DNA from: Opitutaceae bacterium
GTDB lineage: Bacteria; Verrucomicrobiota; Verrucomicrobiia; Opitutales; Opitutaceae
Reading direction: 5' to 3'
DNA length: 20,519 nt
NCBI GenBank assembly: GCA_036770745.1
Contig: DAIPIQ010000059.1
Location: 1-20,519, forward strand
This document shows, one piece after another, positions 13,300 to 20,519 of this stretch. Below the pieces are notes generated by a model. It ran no database searches, was not told where the DNA came from, and worked only from the letters and a program-made list of their open reading frames with translations. Position numbers and translations under genes: made by a program. Numbering within the stretch: position 1 is the first letter of the stretch; every line of letters begins with the position of its first letter.

Positions 13300-16179
13300 T
13301 CAGAACTCGAACTTCACGCCGCCGACGGCGCTCCAGCCCGCGAACTCCTGTTCGACCACCTGATCGGGCGTGCCGATGTAGATGCGCTTCTTGTCGCTGT
13401 TGGCGAGATTCTTGGCGTCGACGTAGAGCTTGATGCCCCGGCGGAGCTGGTAGTTGAGCGAGAGATCCCACGAGTCGACGCTGTCGAACCAGGTGTCGCC
13501 CGCCGCGGTGGAGCCGAAGCTGTCGATGTAGCGACCGTTGTCGAAGTAGGCGACGCGGGCCTCGAAGGCCCCGATCTCGTAGACGAGCTGGATGTTGTAG
13601 ACGCTGTCGACTTGGTCGGTCATGTTGTCGACCGTGCCGCGGCCGTCGATCTCGGCGGAGGCGTTGACGAGGGTGAGGTTGGCCTGGATGCCGAGACCGT
13701 CGAAGGGCTTCGGGAGCATGTTGAGCGTCTGCGTCCACGAGAGCTCGACTCCGGTGAGGCGGGCGCGCGGACCGTTCTCCGGGCGGGTGCGGAAGAAGCC
13801 GTCGAACTCGCCACCCTCGACGAATTCGCCGCGGAAGAGGGTGAAGTTCTTGATCTTCTTGTGGAAGATCGAAGCGGAGAGGATGCCCGCGGTGGGCAGG
13901 TATTTTTCAATCGAAAAATCGACGTTGACCGACCGGAAGGGCTTCAGGCCGGGGTTTCCGTCGGAGATCGTGTCGGTGTCGTCCGTGTCGTTGATGGTGC
14001 GGATGGGAGCGAGAAGGTTGTAGTCGGGCCGGGCGATCGTGGTGGTGACGGCGCCACGGAGGAGCAGGTCGTCGCGGATGCGGTAGGTCGTCACGATACT
14101 CGGGAAGAGATTGTCGTAGCTGTTCTTCTCGCTGATCGGAGTGAATCCGACGAAGGCGCCGTTGCGCGTGTCGCGCTGGTTGGCGTCGTATCCCACCTCG
14201 GTGCGCTCCCAGCGCAGACCGGTGACGACGCGCAGCTTGTCGAGGTTGATCGTGGCCATGGCGTAGGCTCCGTAGATGTCCTCGGTCGCCTGGTAGGAAG
14301 CACCGAAGTCGTTGCGGTCGTTGTTCACGTTCCGCACGAATCGATTCGAGTTGGCCGGATCGCGGAAGAAGTCGCGGGCGGCGCGGACGTTCGTGCTCGG
14401 GCCGACATTGTAGCTGCCGCCGAAGATTTCCAAGGGGTCGGTGTCCGGGAAGCTCGCCACGGTGAGCTCGGGCGCACCGACGATGGCGAACCGGGGATTC
14501 TCAGGACGGTTGTCCTTTTCCTTGCTCCGGTAGCGCAGACCCATCTGCCACTCGACCGGGCGGTCTCCCAAGCGACCAGGGATCTTGATGTTGACGCCTC
14601 CCGTGAGGTCCTCCTCCGAGGTGTCGTCGTCGCGGAAGTTGAAGGCACCGCGGTTGTTGAAGCTGAAGCGCCCGAGATTGTTGAAGTGGTTGAAGGGGTC
14701 GCCGATGATCGGGCGGTTCACGTTGGTGCGATCGAAGGTCAGGTCAGGGATGCCGTCCTGATCCAAGCGCATGCCGTTGACGTTCCAAAGAGTGTCGCTG
14801 AGGCGGTATTCGGAGGAATACACATGCCGGCGGACCTTGAAACCGGTCCACGTGTAGGCGAGCGAGTAGTCCACGGTGTAGCCCGGGAGCTCCCATTTGC
14901 CGCCGGTGGAGGCGTTGTAGATGTCGGTGGTCTTGGTTCCGATCCGGTCTTCGCGGCGAAGCCGTCCGCCGTCGACGATGGCCACCGTGGCGGTCGAACC
15001 GGGAAGGACGCGGCTGTTGTCGCCGAAGCCGACGCGGAGGCGGCGGCGCTCCTCGGCGTCCTCGAAGGAGTTGACGAAACCGCGGACGTAAAAGGTCGCA
15101 TTGTCCCCGGTGCGGAAGTCGAGCTGACCCGAGATCGCGTCGCGCGAGCGGGTGAGGTAGCGGTGGCGGTATTGAAGCTCGGTCATGAAGCCGGGGATGA
15201 CGACGCCCGCGGTGGTCGTGCGCGTACCGTAGCTGTTGGTGAAGGAATCGAGGCCGCGTTCGCTCTCGTAGGTCGAGATGCCAATGAGGAATCCGAGTTT
15301 CCCGTCCCGGATGACGTCGCCGTAGCTGAGGCTCCCGGAATATTGGGCGGAGTCGCGGATGTCGTTGTAGCCGGCCTCGAGTTTTCCGTTGAGGACGCGG
15401 CGGTTGTATTCAAGCGAGGTCTTGGTGATGAGGTTGACGTTGGCCCCGACCGAGTCGGCGTCCATGTTCGGCGTGATCGCCTTCACCACTTCGATGCTGG
15501 AGATCATGTCGGTCGGCACGGAGTGGAGGGAGACGGCGCGGTTGTCCCGTGATTCGGTGGGGTCGCCGACGGAGGGGAGGCGCTCGCCGTTGAGCGAGAC
15601 GGCGCTGAACTTCGGCGAGGTGCCGCGGACGGAGATGAACTCCGGTTCGCCGAGGTCGTTCTGGACGGAGATGCCGGGGAGGCGGCGGAGGGCCTCGGCG
15701 ACGTTGGCGTCAGGGAGGCGGCCGAGGGCGTCGGCGGCGACGATGTTGCTGATCGTGTTGGAGGTGCGCTGCCGGTTGATCGCCCGCGCCTGGCCCTCGA
15801 CGAACGACTCGACGGAGAACTCATCGAGCTCGATGATGTCGGATCCGAGGGAGACATTCTGGATGGTCGAGGCCCCGGTCGTCGTCACGCTGCCCGAGAA
15901 GGGCGAGCGGCCGAGGTAGGAGACTTCGAGAGTGTGTGTGCCCGAGGGGACGCCGGCGATGCGGAAGCGGCCGGTGCGGTCGGTGGCGCCGGAAAGGCCC
16001 AGGCCGGGGAGTCGGACTTCGGCCCCCACGACGAGCGCGCCGGTTTCGTCGGTCACGATGCCGGAGACGACGCTGGTCGACTGGCCGAAGGCCGGGAGAC
16101 CGAGGCACATGAGAAAGAAAACCAAGGCCGCCTTCAGCGGATTGGAAACGCAGTAGTGATCACGTCGAAACGAGGTCAT
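13300..16179 (-). CDS. TonB-dependent receptor with N-terminal carboxypeptidase-regulatory-like (CarbopepD_reg) domain
   Basis: 959 aa. Signal peptide MTSFRRDHYCVSNPLKAALVFFLMCLGLPAFGQ. CarbopepD-like segment VSGIVTDETGALVVGAEVRLPGLGLSGATDRTGRFRIAGVPSGTHTLEVSYLG. Plug-like region with DEFSV..ALRRLPGISVQ. Beta-barrel with the C-terminal GGVKFEF ending in Phe. Confidence 0.9.
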   Translation of the reverse strand: MTSFRRDHYCVSNPLKAALVFFLMCLGLPAFGQSTSVVSGIVTDETGALVVGAEVRLPGLGLSGATDRTGRFRIAGVPSGTHTLEVSYLGRSPFSGSVTTTGASTIQNVSLGSDIIELDEFSVESFVEGQARAINRQRTSNTISNIVAADALGRLPDANVAEALRRLPGISVQNDLGEPEFISVRGTSPKFSAVSLNGERLPSVGDPTESRDNRAVSLHSVPTDMISSIEVVKAITPNMDADSVGANVNLITKTSLEYNRRVLNGKLEAGYNDIRDSAQYSGSLSYGDVIRDGKLGFLIGISTYESERGLDSFTNSYGTRTTTAGVVIPGFMTELQYRHRYLTRSRDAISGQLDFRTGDNATFYVRGFVNSFEDAEERRRLRVGFGDNSRVLPGSTATVAIVDGGRLRREDRIGTKTTDIYNASTGGKWELPGYTVDYSLAYTWTGFKVRRHVYSSEYRLSDTLWNVNGMRLDQDGIPDLTFDRTNVNRPIIGDPFNHFNNLGRFSFNNRGAFNFRDDDTSEEDLTGGVNIKIPGRLGDRPVEWQMGLRYRSKEKDNRPENPRFAIVGAPELTVASFPDTDPLEIFGGSYNVGPSTNVRAARDFFRDPANSNRFVRNVNNDRNDFGASYQATEDIYGAYAMATINLDKLRVVTGLRWERTEVGYDANQRDTRNGAFVGFTPISEKNSYDNLFPSIVTTYRIRDDLLLRGAVTTTIARPDYNLLAPIRTINDTDDTDTISDGNPGLKPFRSVNVDFSIEKYLPTAGILSASIFHKKIKNFTLFRGEFVEGGEFDGFFRTRPENGPRARLTGVELSWTQTLNMLPKPFDGLGIQANLTLVNASAEIDGRGTVDNMTDQVDSVYNIQLVYEIGAFEARVAYFDNGRYIDSFGSTAAGDTWFDSVDSWDLSLNYQLRRGIKLYVDAKNLANSDKKRIYIGTPDQVVEQEFAGWSAVGGVKFEF

Positions 16180-16199
16180 GTTCGTAGGGTTGGAGGGTG

Positions 16200-16380
16200 G
16201 GGAAAATTCCGAGTCCCGGTCGGGGTCACTCGAAAAACTTTATGAAACGTTGATCCCGAAACGCCGGACCCGCAACGGACGCCAAGCTCACACTGTTGAA
16301 ACTTTGAGCGCACCCGAAACGACACGAATCCCGGAGGACAGATATCCGGAGCCGTACCCTCGAGTCCCGCTCGGGCTGAT
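16200..16380 (-). promoter_or_regulatory. Lower-GC 5' leader of the TBDR containing two pairs of direct repeats (AAACTTT..CCCGAAAC x2; CGAGTCCCG(C/G)TCGG x2)
   Basis: First pair: TTGAAACTTTGAGCGCACCCGAAAC (approx 16295-16320) and AAAACTTTATGAAACGTTGATCCCGAAAC (approx 16234-16262). Second pair: CGAGTCCCGGTCGG (approx 16210) and CGAGTCCCGCTCGG (approx 16361). This ~400-nt gap is the largest noncoding stretch in the window and has the lowest GC. Confidence 0.2.
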
Positions 16381-16528
16381 GCGAACGGGGCCGGGAGCAG
16401 CCGTGTCTTCAGGCGAGGGAAAGGTCGGGTGCTCCATCCACTCCCGCTGTAGGGAGGTCCATCCCCGGCGTCCGGCAGGATGAGGAACGCTCGGACAACT
16501 TGAAGCACGACCTTCTGCGCCGATTCGC

Positions 16529-16550
16529 TGCCACCACTGTTGATGACATT
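16529..16550 (+). repeat. Solo terminal-repeat remnant of the palindromic element family
   Basis: TGCCACCACTGTTGATGACATT matches the element right ends: TGCCACCACTTTCGATTACACC (copy A) and TGCCGTCACTTTTGATCAAACC (copy B). The preceding CTTCTGCGCCGATTCGC weakly resembles the module end. Confidence 0.4.
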
Positions 16551-16568
16551 CTGACCTTTGTTTCCGCT

Positions 16569-16586
16569 CCGACGGCTTTCCGTCGG
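16569..16586 (-). terminator. Short hairpin immediately downstream of SPFH stop (weak terminator candidate)
   Basis: CCGACGG-CTTT-CCGTCGG is a 7-bp stem. No clear T-tract follows on the minus strand. Confidence 0.2.
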
Positions 16587-16587
16587 C

Positions 16588-17754
16588 TCAGCGCGCGGGC
16601 GGCGTGGGACGCGGGGGCGGGCTGGCGGGTGCGCCCGGGGCGACGACCGATTGGACGGCCTTGAGGAACGACTCGCTGAGCAGGTTGATCGTCATGTCCT
16701 GCGGGAGGTAGCCGCTCACGTTCTTGAACGCCTCGGCCATGGATTTGGAGATCTCGATGCGCACGAAGGAGTCCGCGCCCTCGGCGGCGTAGGCGCTGAG
16801 GCGCAGTCGGGTGGCTTCGGCCTCGGCCACGCCGAGCGCCTCGATCGCGGAGGCGCGGAGGAAGCTCGCCTCCTTCTCGCCCTCGGCCGCGAGGACGTTG
16901 CGGTTCTTGTCGGCCTGGGCCGCAAGTTCCACCTGTTTGGCCGCGGCTTCGGCGGCGAGGACTTGCTGCTCGGCCGTCTTCTGCGCTTCGAGGATGCCGA
17001 CGTCCTTGTCGCGTCGGGCGTCGACGAGCGCCTTCTCGTAGGAGGCCTGGGCGTCGGCCTTGGCGCGGTCGGCCTTGGCCTCGGCGGCCCGGGTCTCTTC
17101 GATCGCACGCAGGCGCTCCTGGACGGCGACCTGGCGGGCCTTGATCTGCTCGACGTAGGATGGATCGAGGCCGATGTGTTCGACCACGAAGTTCTCCACG
17201 ATCACGCCGCGGGAGCGCAGCTCGGACTCGGGAGAGGTCAAGGCGGTGGAGATGTCGGCCTGCAGCCGCACGAGGCCCTCGCCGGAGTAGGCCTCGAGGG
17301 CGGAGCGGATCGTGGCGCGATCCTTGACGATGCGCATGATCTCGGGGCGGATGACCTTCTCCTCGATGTCGTTGCGCACGGTCTTGTGGAGGTCGACCAC
17401 CTTCGTCGGATCCCGCCGCCAGCGCACGCTCATCGAGATGCGCATGTCCTGACCCTCCGAGGACTGGACCATGTAGCTGTCGCGGCGCCGACCCTCGCCG
17501 TAGGTCGTCATGGCGTCGTCGTTCATCACGAACACCTGGGAGGACATGTCGTAGATGAAGACCTTCTGGGTGAACCCGGGGAAGAGCACGTAGGTCTTGG
17601 GCTGGAGCGGGACGTCCTCGACGCCGGCGGCCCAGGTTTCCTTCACACCGATCTCGTTTCCTTCGACCGTGACGATGTCGACGATGAAGATGCTCGCGAG
17701 CACGAGGATGACGAGGAGGAGGCCGGCGGTGACGAGGGTGACGATTTGTTTCAT
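16588..17754 (-). CDS. SPFH/band 7 (stomatin/prohibitin/flotillin/HflK-C) domain protein
   Basis: N-terminal TM segment IVTLVTAGLLLVILVLASIFIV and an SPFH core. A long Ala/Glu/Lys-rich coiled-coil follows (AEAKADRAKADAQASYEKAL...AAEAAAKQVELAAQ). Pro-rich C-terminal tail. ATG start. Confidence 0.85.
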   Translation of the reverse strand: MKQIVTLVTAGLLLVILVLASIFIVDIVTVEGNEIGVKETWAAGVEDVPLQPKTYVLFPGFTQKVFIYDMSSQVFVMNDDAMTTYGEGRRRDSYMVQSSEGQDMRISMSVRWRRDPTKVVDLHKTVRNDIEEKVIRPEIMRIVKDRATIRSALEAYSGEGLVRLQADISTALTSPESELRSRGVIVENFVVEHIGLDPSYVEQIKARQVAVQERLRAIEETRAAEAKADRAKADAQASYEKALVDARRDKDVGILEAQKTAEQQVLAAEAAAKQVELAAQADKNRNVLAAEGEKEASFLRASAIEALGVAEAEATRLRLSAYAAEGADSFVRIEISKSMAEAFKNVSGYLPQDMTINLLSESFLKAVQSVVAPGAPASPPPRPTPPAR

Positions 17755-17767
17755 GAAAGGGAGCGGT

Positions 17768-17974
17768 TCAGCGGCGGTGGCGCAGGAGGTAGAGCGTGCA
17801 GAAGGCGAGGTAACCGAGGGCGATCACGAGGATCACCGGGAGCAGCAGGCGCAGGACGCCGCTCTTCAGGTAGATCGCGAGCACGAGAACGACCGCCCAA
17901 AGCGCGACGAGCCCGAGAACGACCGTCCAGCGGAAGGGGTTCTTCGGTTCGAGTTCGATCACGGGGTCGGGCAT
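17768..17974 (-). CDS. small two-TM membrane protein (68 aa) immediately upstream of and co-oriented with the SPFH gene
   Basis: MPDPVIELEPKNPFRWTVVLGLVALWAVVLVLAIYLKSGVLRLLLPVILVIALGYLAFCTLYLLRHRR: two hydrophobic helices and a basic C-terminus. Its stop lies 13 nt before the SPFH ATG. The upstream 83 residues of the track ORF are Arg/Pro junk. Confidence 0.5.
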   Translation of the reverse strand: MPDPVIELEPKNPFRWTVVLGLVALWAVVLVLAIYLKSGVLRLLLPVILVIALGYLAFCTLYLLRHRR

Positions 17975-18015
17975 CCGGAAAGCGATATCGGTGGTGGAGC
18001 GGCGTGGCCAGCGGA

Positions 18016-18924
18016 TTAGCCGCTCTCCGCCGCCGGCTGCGCGCGTGGCCTCGCCAGGAAGTCGCGCGCGCGGAGCAGGCCCGCCTGTTCGGTGGCTTCG
18101 GTTCCGAGGTGGTTCGCATCCTCGAGCTCGAGGCTCATGCGGCCGTTGAAGCCGGCGGCGGCGAGGCGGGCGAGGAGCTCGTCCCAGTCGATGCCGCCCT
18201 CGCCCGGGATGGTGTAGCGCCAATGGCTTCCCTCGTACTTGCGAGGCACGGCAAAGGTGGGCGGCTGTTCGGTCCCGAGATCGTAGGCGCGGTCGGGGAG
18301 GAGCGCGGTGTCCTTGGCATGGGCATGGAGCAGCCGCGGAGCAAACTCGTCGATGAAGCGCCGCAGGTCGATGCCCTGGCGCAGGAGGTGCGAGGGGTCG
18401 AAGTTGATCCCGAGGGCAGGCGAGGGCAGCTCGCGGAACAACGCCCGGAGTGTCTCGGGAGTGCAGCCGAGCGCGCCCGGCCCGGGCCAGCCCTCGAGGA
18501 CGATCGCCGCGTCCGCGGCTTCGAAGTCCGGAAGGAGCACGCCGTAGCTCTCGACCGCGGTGGCGAAGTTTTCCCTGCGACTCCGCGCCGGATCCTCAGG
18601 GACCAGCACCACGAGAAACCGCCGCACACCGCGGTCGAGGCAGCGGGAGGCGTAGGCCCGGGCTTCGTCGACCGCCGCCGCACGTCGCCCGGGATCGGGA
18701 GAAAGCAGCTCGCGCCAGCGCGGGAGGTCGACGGAACCGATCGCCATCCCGGCGGCCTCGACCGCGGGAAGGGCGCTGTCGGCGTCGTCGCCCAGGTCGA
18801 CGTGGGCGAAGCCATGCTCGCGCGTCCACCACAGCCACGCGGGCAGGTCGCGTTGCCACGCGCTCCGGCCGCGCCGCAGCCCGAGGGCGAAGCCACCGAT
18901 GCGGGTACGGGCGGGCGGAGTCAT
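18016..18924 (-). CDS. sugar phosphate isomerase/epimerase (xylose isomerase-like TIM barrel) family protein
   Basis: 302 aa, ATG start. Characteristic LHAHAKD motif, GINFDPSHL, and C-terminal MSLELED typical of the AP_endonuc_2 / xylose-isomerase-like TIM-barrel family. Confidence 0.75.
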   Translation of the reverse strand: MTPPARTRIGGFALGLRRGRSAWQRDLPAWLWWTREHGFAHVDLGDDADSALPAVEAAGMAIGSVDLPRWRELLSPDPGRRAAAVDEARAYASRCLDRGVRRFLVVLVPEDPARSRRENFATAVESYGVLLPDFEAADAAIVLEGWPGPGALGCTPETLRALFRELPSPALGINFDPSHLLRQGIDLRRFIDEFAPRLLHAHAKDTALLPDRAYDLGTEQPPTFAVPRKYEGSHWRYTIPGEGGIDWDELLARLAAAGFNGRMSLELEDANHLGTEATEQAGLLRARDFLARPRAQPAAESG

Positions 18925-18982
18925 GCGAAGGTGACGCGGAAAAGCCGGCCGGGTGCGCGGAAGCGGAAGGCCGCGTGCATCG

Positions 18983-20519
18983 TCACCACAACGCCATCGC
19001 CCGCAGCCGCGCGGCGTAGCGGGCCCCGATCGCCGCGGGCGAGAAGTCGCGGCGGATCGAGGCCGCCGCGACCGCGCCGAGTCGGGCGCAGAGCGCCGGG
19101 TCCGAGACGAGGCGGCGCATGTGGTGGGCGGCGTGTTCGATGTCGGGGTCGGCCCAATGCTGGCCTTTGGTGTAGGGTCCGTGGTTCCGCTCGAGCGTGA
19201 TCATCCGGTGGCGCACGGGACAGCCGTTGGTTTCGTCGACGAACTCCGCGGTGCCCGACCAGTCGGTCGAGACGACGGGTTTGCCGAGGAACATCGCTTC
19301 GGCGACGGCGAGGCCGAAGCCCTCGGAGCGATGCAGGGAGACGAAGCCGTCGCAGGCCTGCTGGAGCCGGTAGACTTCGGCGCGCGGCAGGGTGCCGGCG
19401 AGCAGGGTGCAGCCGTCGAGGCCGGCGGTCTCGTCGCGGAGCGCGGCGAGGTCGTGTTCGTTTCCCGCGACGCCGTGCACCTTGATCACGAGGCCGACGT
19501 CGGCCCGACCCGTCGCACCGAAGGCGCTGCGGTAGGCTTGGAGGACTGCACGGGGGTTTTTCCGCTCCTGATAGCTGTTGAGGTCGTAGAGGAAGAGGAA
19601 GAGAAAGCGATCCGCCGGCAGGCCGAAGGCCTCGCGCGCGCCCCGCCGCTCCGGCACGGCGAAGTCGATTGCATGCGGCGTCACGAGCACGGGTACCGGG
19701 ACCTTGGCGGCGATCGAATCGCGGGTGAAGCGCGAGGGCGTCCAGATCTCGTCCACGTGGTCGCAGTGCCGCACCCAGCCGTCGGGAAACTCCGGCAGCT
19801 CCCACGCCCAGTAGGCGATGTTGTATTTGCCGCGGCGGAACGCCGGTCCGTGGTGGTGGTCGATGTCGCGGGTCTGCGGGGCGTCGACGTGAAAGACGTT
19901 CACGGGATGGGGGTTCGCCTCGCCGAGCCGGTCGTCGAACGACGTGTCGCCCTGCGCGGCCTTGCAGAAGAGCTTCAGCGGCACGAGGGCGTGGGGCAAC
20001 CGGGCCGCGGCGGCGGCGCGCGCGGCGCAGCGCACGGATTCACCCACGCCGAGTTCGGCGCGGAACCAGCCCACGAGATTGAGGCCGAGGGCGGCGTGCC
20101 GGGTGAGGAAACCGACGTCGAACGCGGTCGCGCTCGTCGCGAAGTCGATCACCGGCTCTCCGTCGAGCGTCACGCGGCGGATGCGCAGACGCTTGTTGAG
20201 CGGTTGCCGGCGGAAGGGGGCGAGGGCGGCGCCTCCCGGGAGGCCGTCGAGCTTGCGGCCGAGAAACGCGAGCGCGTTGGTCCGGGCGACGCCGAGGATC
20301 GCGAGCTCGACGCGCACGGGACCGCGCCGCGCCTCCGGCGGGAGCGGCACGGAGAGCGAGAACGGGCCGTCCGCGAGCGCGCGCCGCTCCGTCGCGTCGC
20401 GGCCGACCGCGACCTTCAGGCCCACCGCGCCGGCGGCGGCGGGGTTGTCCCCCGGCGGCAGCACGTCGCCCTCGATCGTGATCGCCTCGCCCGCGAGCGG
20501 GCAGGGGATCTCGATCCGG
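18983..20519 (-). CDS. glycosyltransferase family 4 (GT1-type C-terminal domain) protein with large N-terminal region; 5' end probably outside window
   Basis: C-terminal EGFGLAVAEAMFLGKPVVSTDWSGTAEFV (E-x7-E motif). The reading frame is open, with no stop, from the first listed GTG (20464) to the window edge at 20519. The gene therefore likely begins beyond the window. Confidence 0.7.
   Translation of the reverse strand, partial: RIEIPCPLAGEAITIEGDVLPPGDNPAAAGAVGLKVAVGRDATERRALADGPFSLSVPLPPEARRGPVRVELAILGVARTNALAFLGRKLDGLPGGAALAPFRRQPLNKRLRIRRVTLDGEPVIDFATSATAFDVGFLTRHAALGLNLVGWFRAELGVGESVRCAARAAAAARLPHALVPLKLFCKAAQGDTSFDDRLGEANPHPVNVFHVDAPQTRDIDHHHGPAFRRGKYNIAYWAWELPEFPDGWVRHCDHVDEIWTPSRFTRDSIAAKVPVPVLVTPHAIDFAVPERRGAREAFGLPADRFLFLFLYDLNSYQERKNPRAVLQAYRSAFGATGRADVGLVIKVHGVAGNEHDLAALRDETAGLDGCTLLAGTLPRAEVYRLQQACDGFVSLHRSEGFGLAVAEAMFLGKPVVSTDWSGTAEFVDETNGCPVRHRMITLERNHGPYTKGQHWADPDIEHAAHHMRRLVSDPALCARLGAVAAASIRRDFSPAAIGARYAARLRAMALW

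Noticed and set aside
16176-16508. 110-aa minus-strand ORF in the TBDR leader whose stop overlaps the TBDR ATG (ATGA)
   Set aside because: The composition is Pro/Gly/Arg-rich with no hydrophobic core or recognisable motif, and it starts inside the solo-TIR remnant. It is most likely noncoding leader. A coupled upstream ORF cannot be fully excluded without ribosome profiling.
16558-19200. 880-aa plus-strand ORF
   Set aside because: It is antisense to the SPFH, small membrane protein, TIM-barrel and GT genes. The composition is low-complexity Gly/Arg/Ala with no recognisable domain, so it is spurious.

Overview
This is a 20.5-kb, roughly 70% GC, densely packed chromosomal segment. The gene content (a TonB-dependent receptor with an N-terminal carboxypeptidase-regulatory-like domain, and many exported enzymes) suggests a Verrucomicrobia/Opitutaceae-like genome, but that is inference. 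I support 19 protein-coding genes and find no rRNA, tRNA or CRISPR.

**Genes, in order:**
- a hypothetical RNase-H/ASKHA-like protein
- a ketopantoate-reductase-family protein
- a sterol-desaturase-family (His-box) membrane protein
- an FAD-dependent oxidoreductase
- a minus-strand three-gene operon with GTGA start/stop overlaps: secreted amidohydrolase-like hydrolase, then a LigI/FucL-type lactonase, then a Methyltransf_32 methyltransferase
- a tartrate/D-malate dehydrogenase
- a Tat-signal enolase-superfamily (MR/MLE) enzyme
- a LacI-family regulator
- an ArgH-family lyase with an atypical N-terminus
- a TonB-dependent receptor
- an SPFH/band-7 protein with a 68-aa two-TM partner
- a xylose-isomerase-like TIM-barrel protein
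- a GT4 glycosyltransferase that runs off the window edge

**Most notable signal not explained by genes:** a family of roughly 200-bp intergenic elements, with three full copies and one solo-end remnant.
- Each has ~22-bp terminal inverted repeats (..AATCGAAAGTGGTGGCA / TGCCACCACTTCCGATT..), a conserved ~100-nt module, and an internal perfect 25-28-bp palindromic hairpin (GTGGGCCGGGGTTGATCCCCGGCTT).
- Copies occur in both orientations and include pristine and decayed versions, which fits a MITE-like or structured-RNA repeat.
- The palindrome spawns look-alike spurious ORFs and distorts the predicted ends of neighbouring genes.

**Second theme:** typically cytoplasmic enzyme families here carry export signals (Tat-enolase, Sec-amidohydrolase, signal-like ArgH paralog). 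They sit beside a TBDR/LacI unit and acid-sugar-type enzymes (lactonase, enolase-superfamily dehydratase, IDH-family dehydrogenase).
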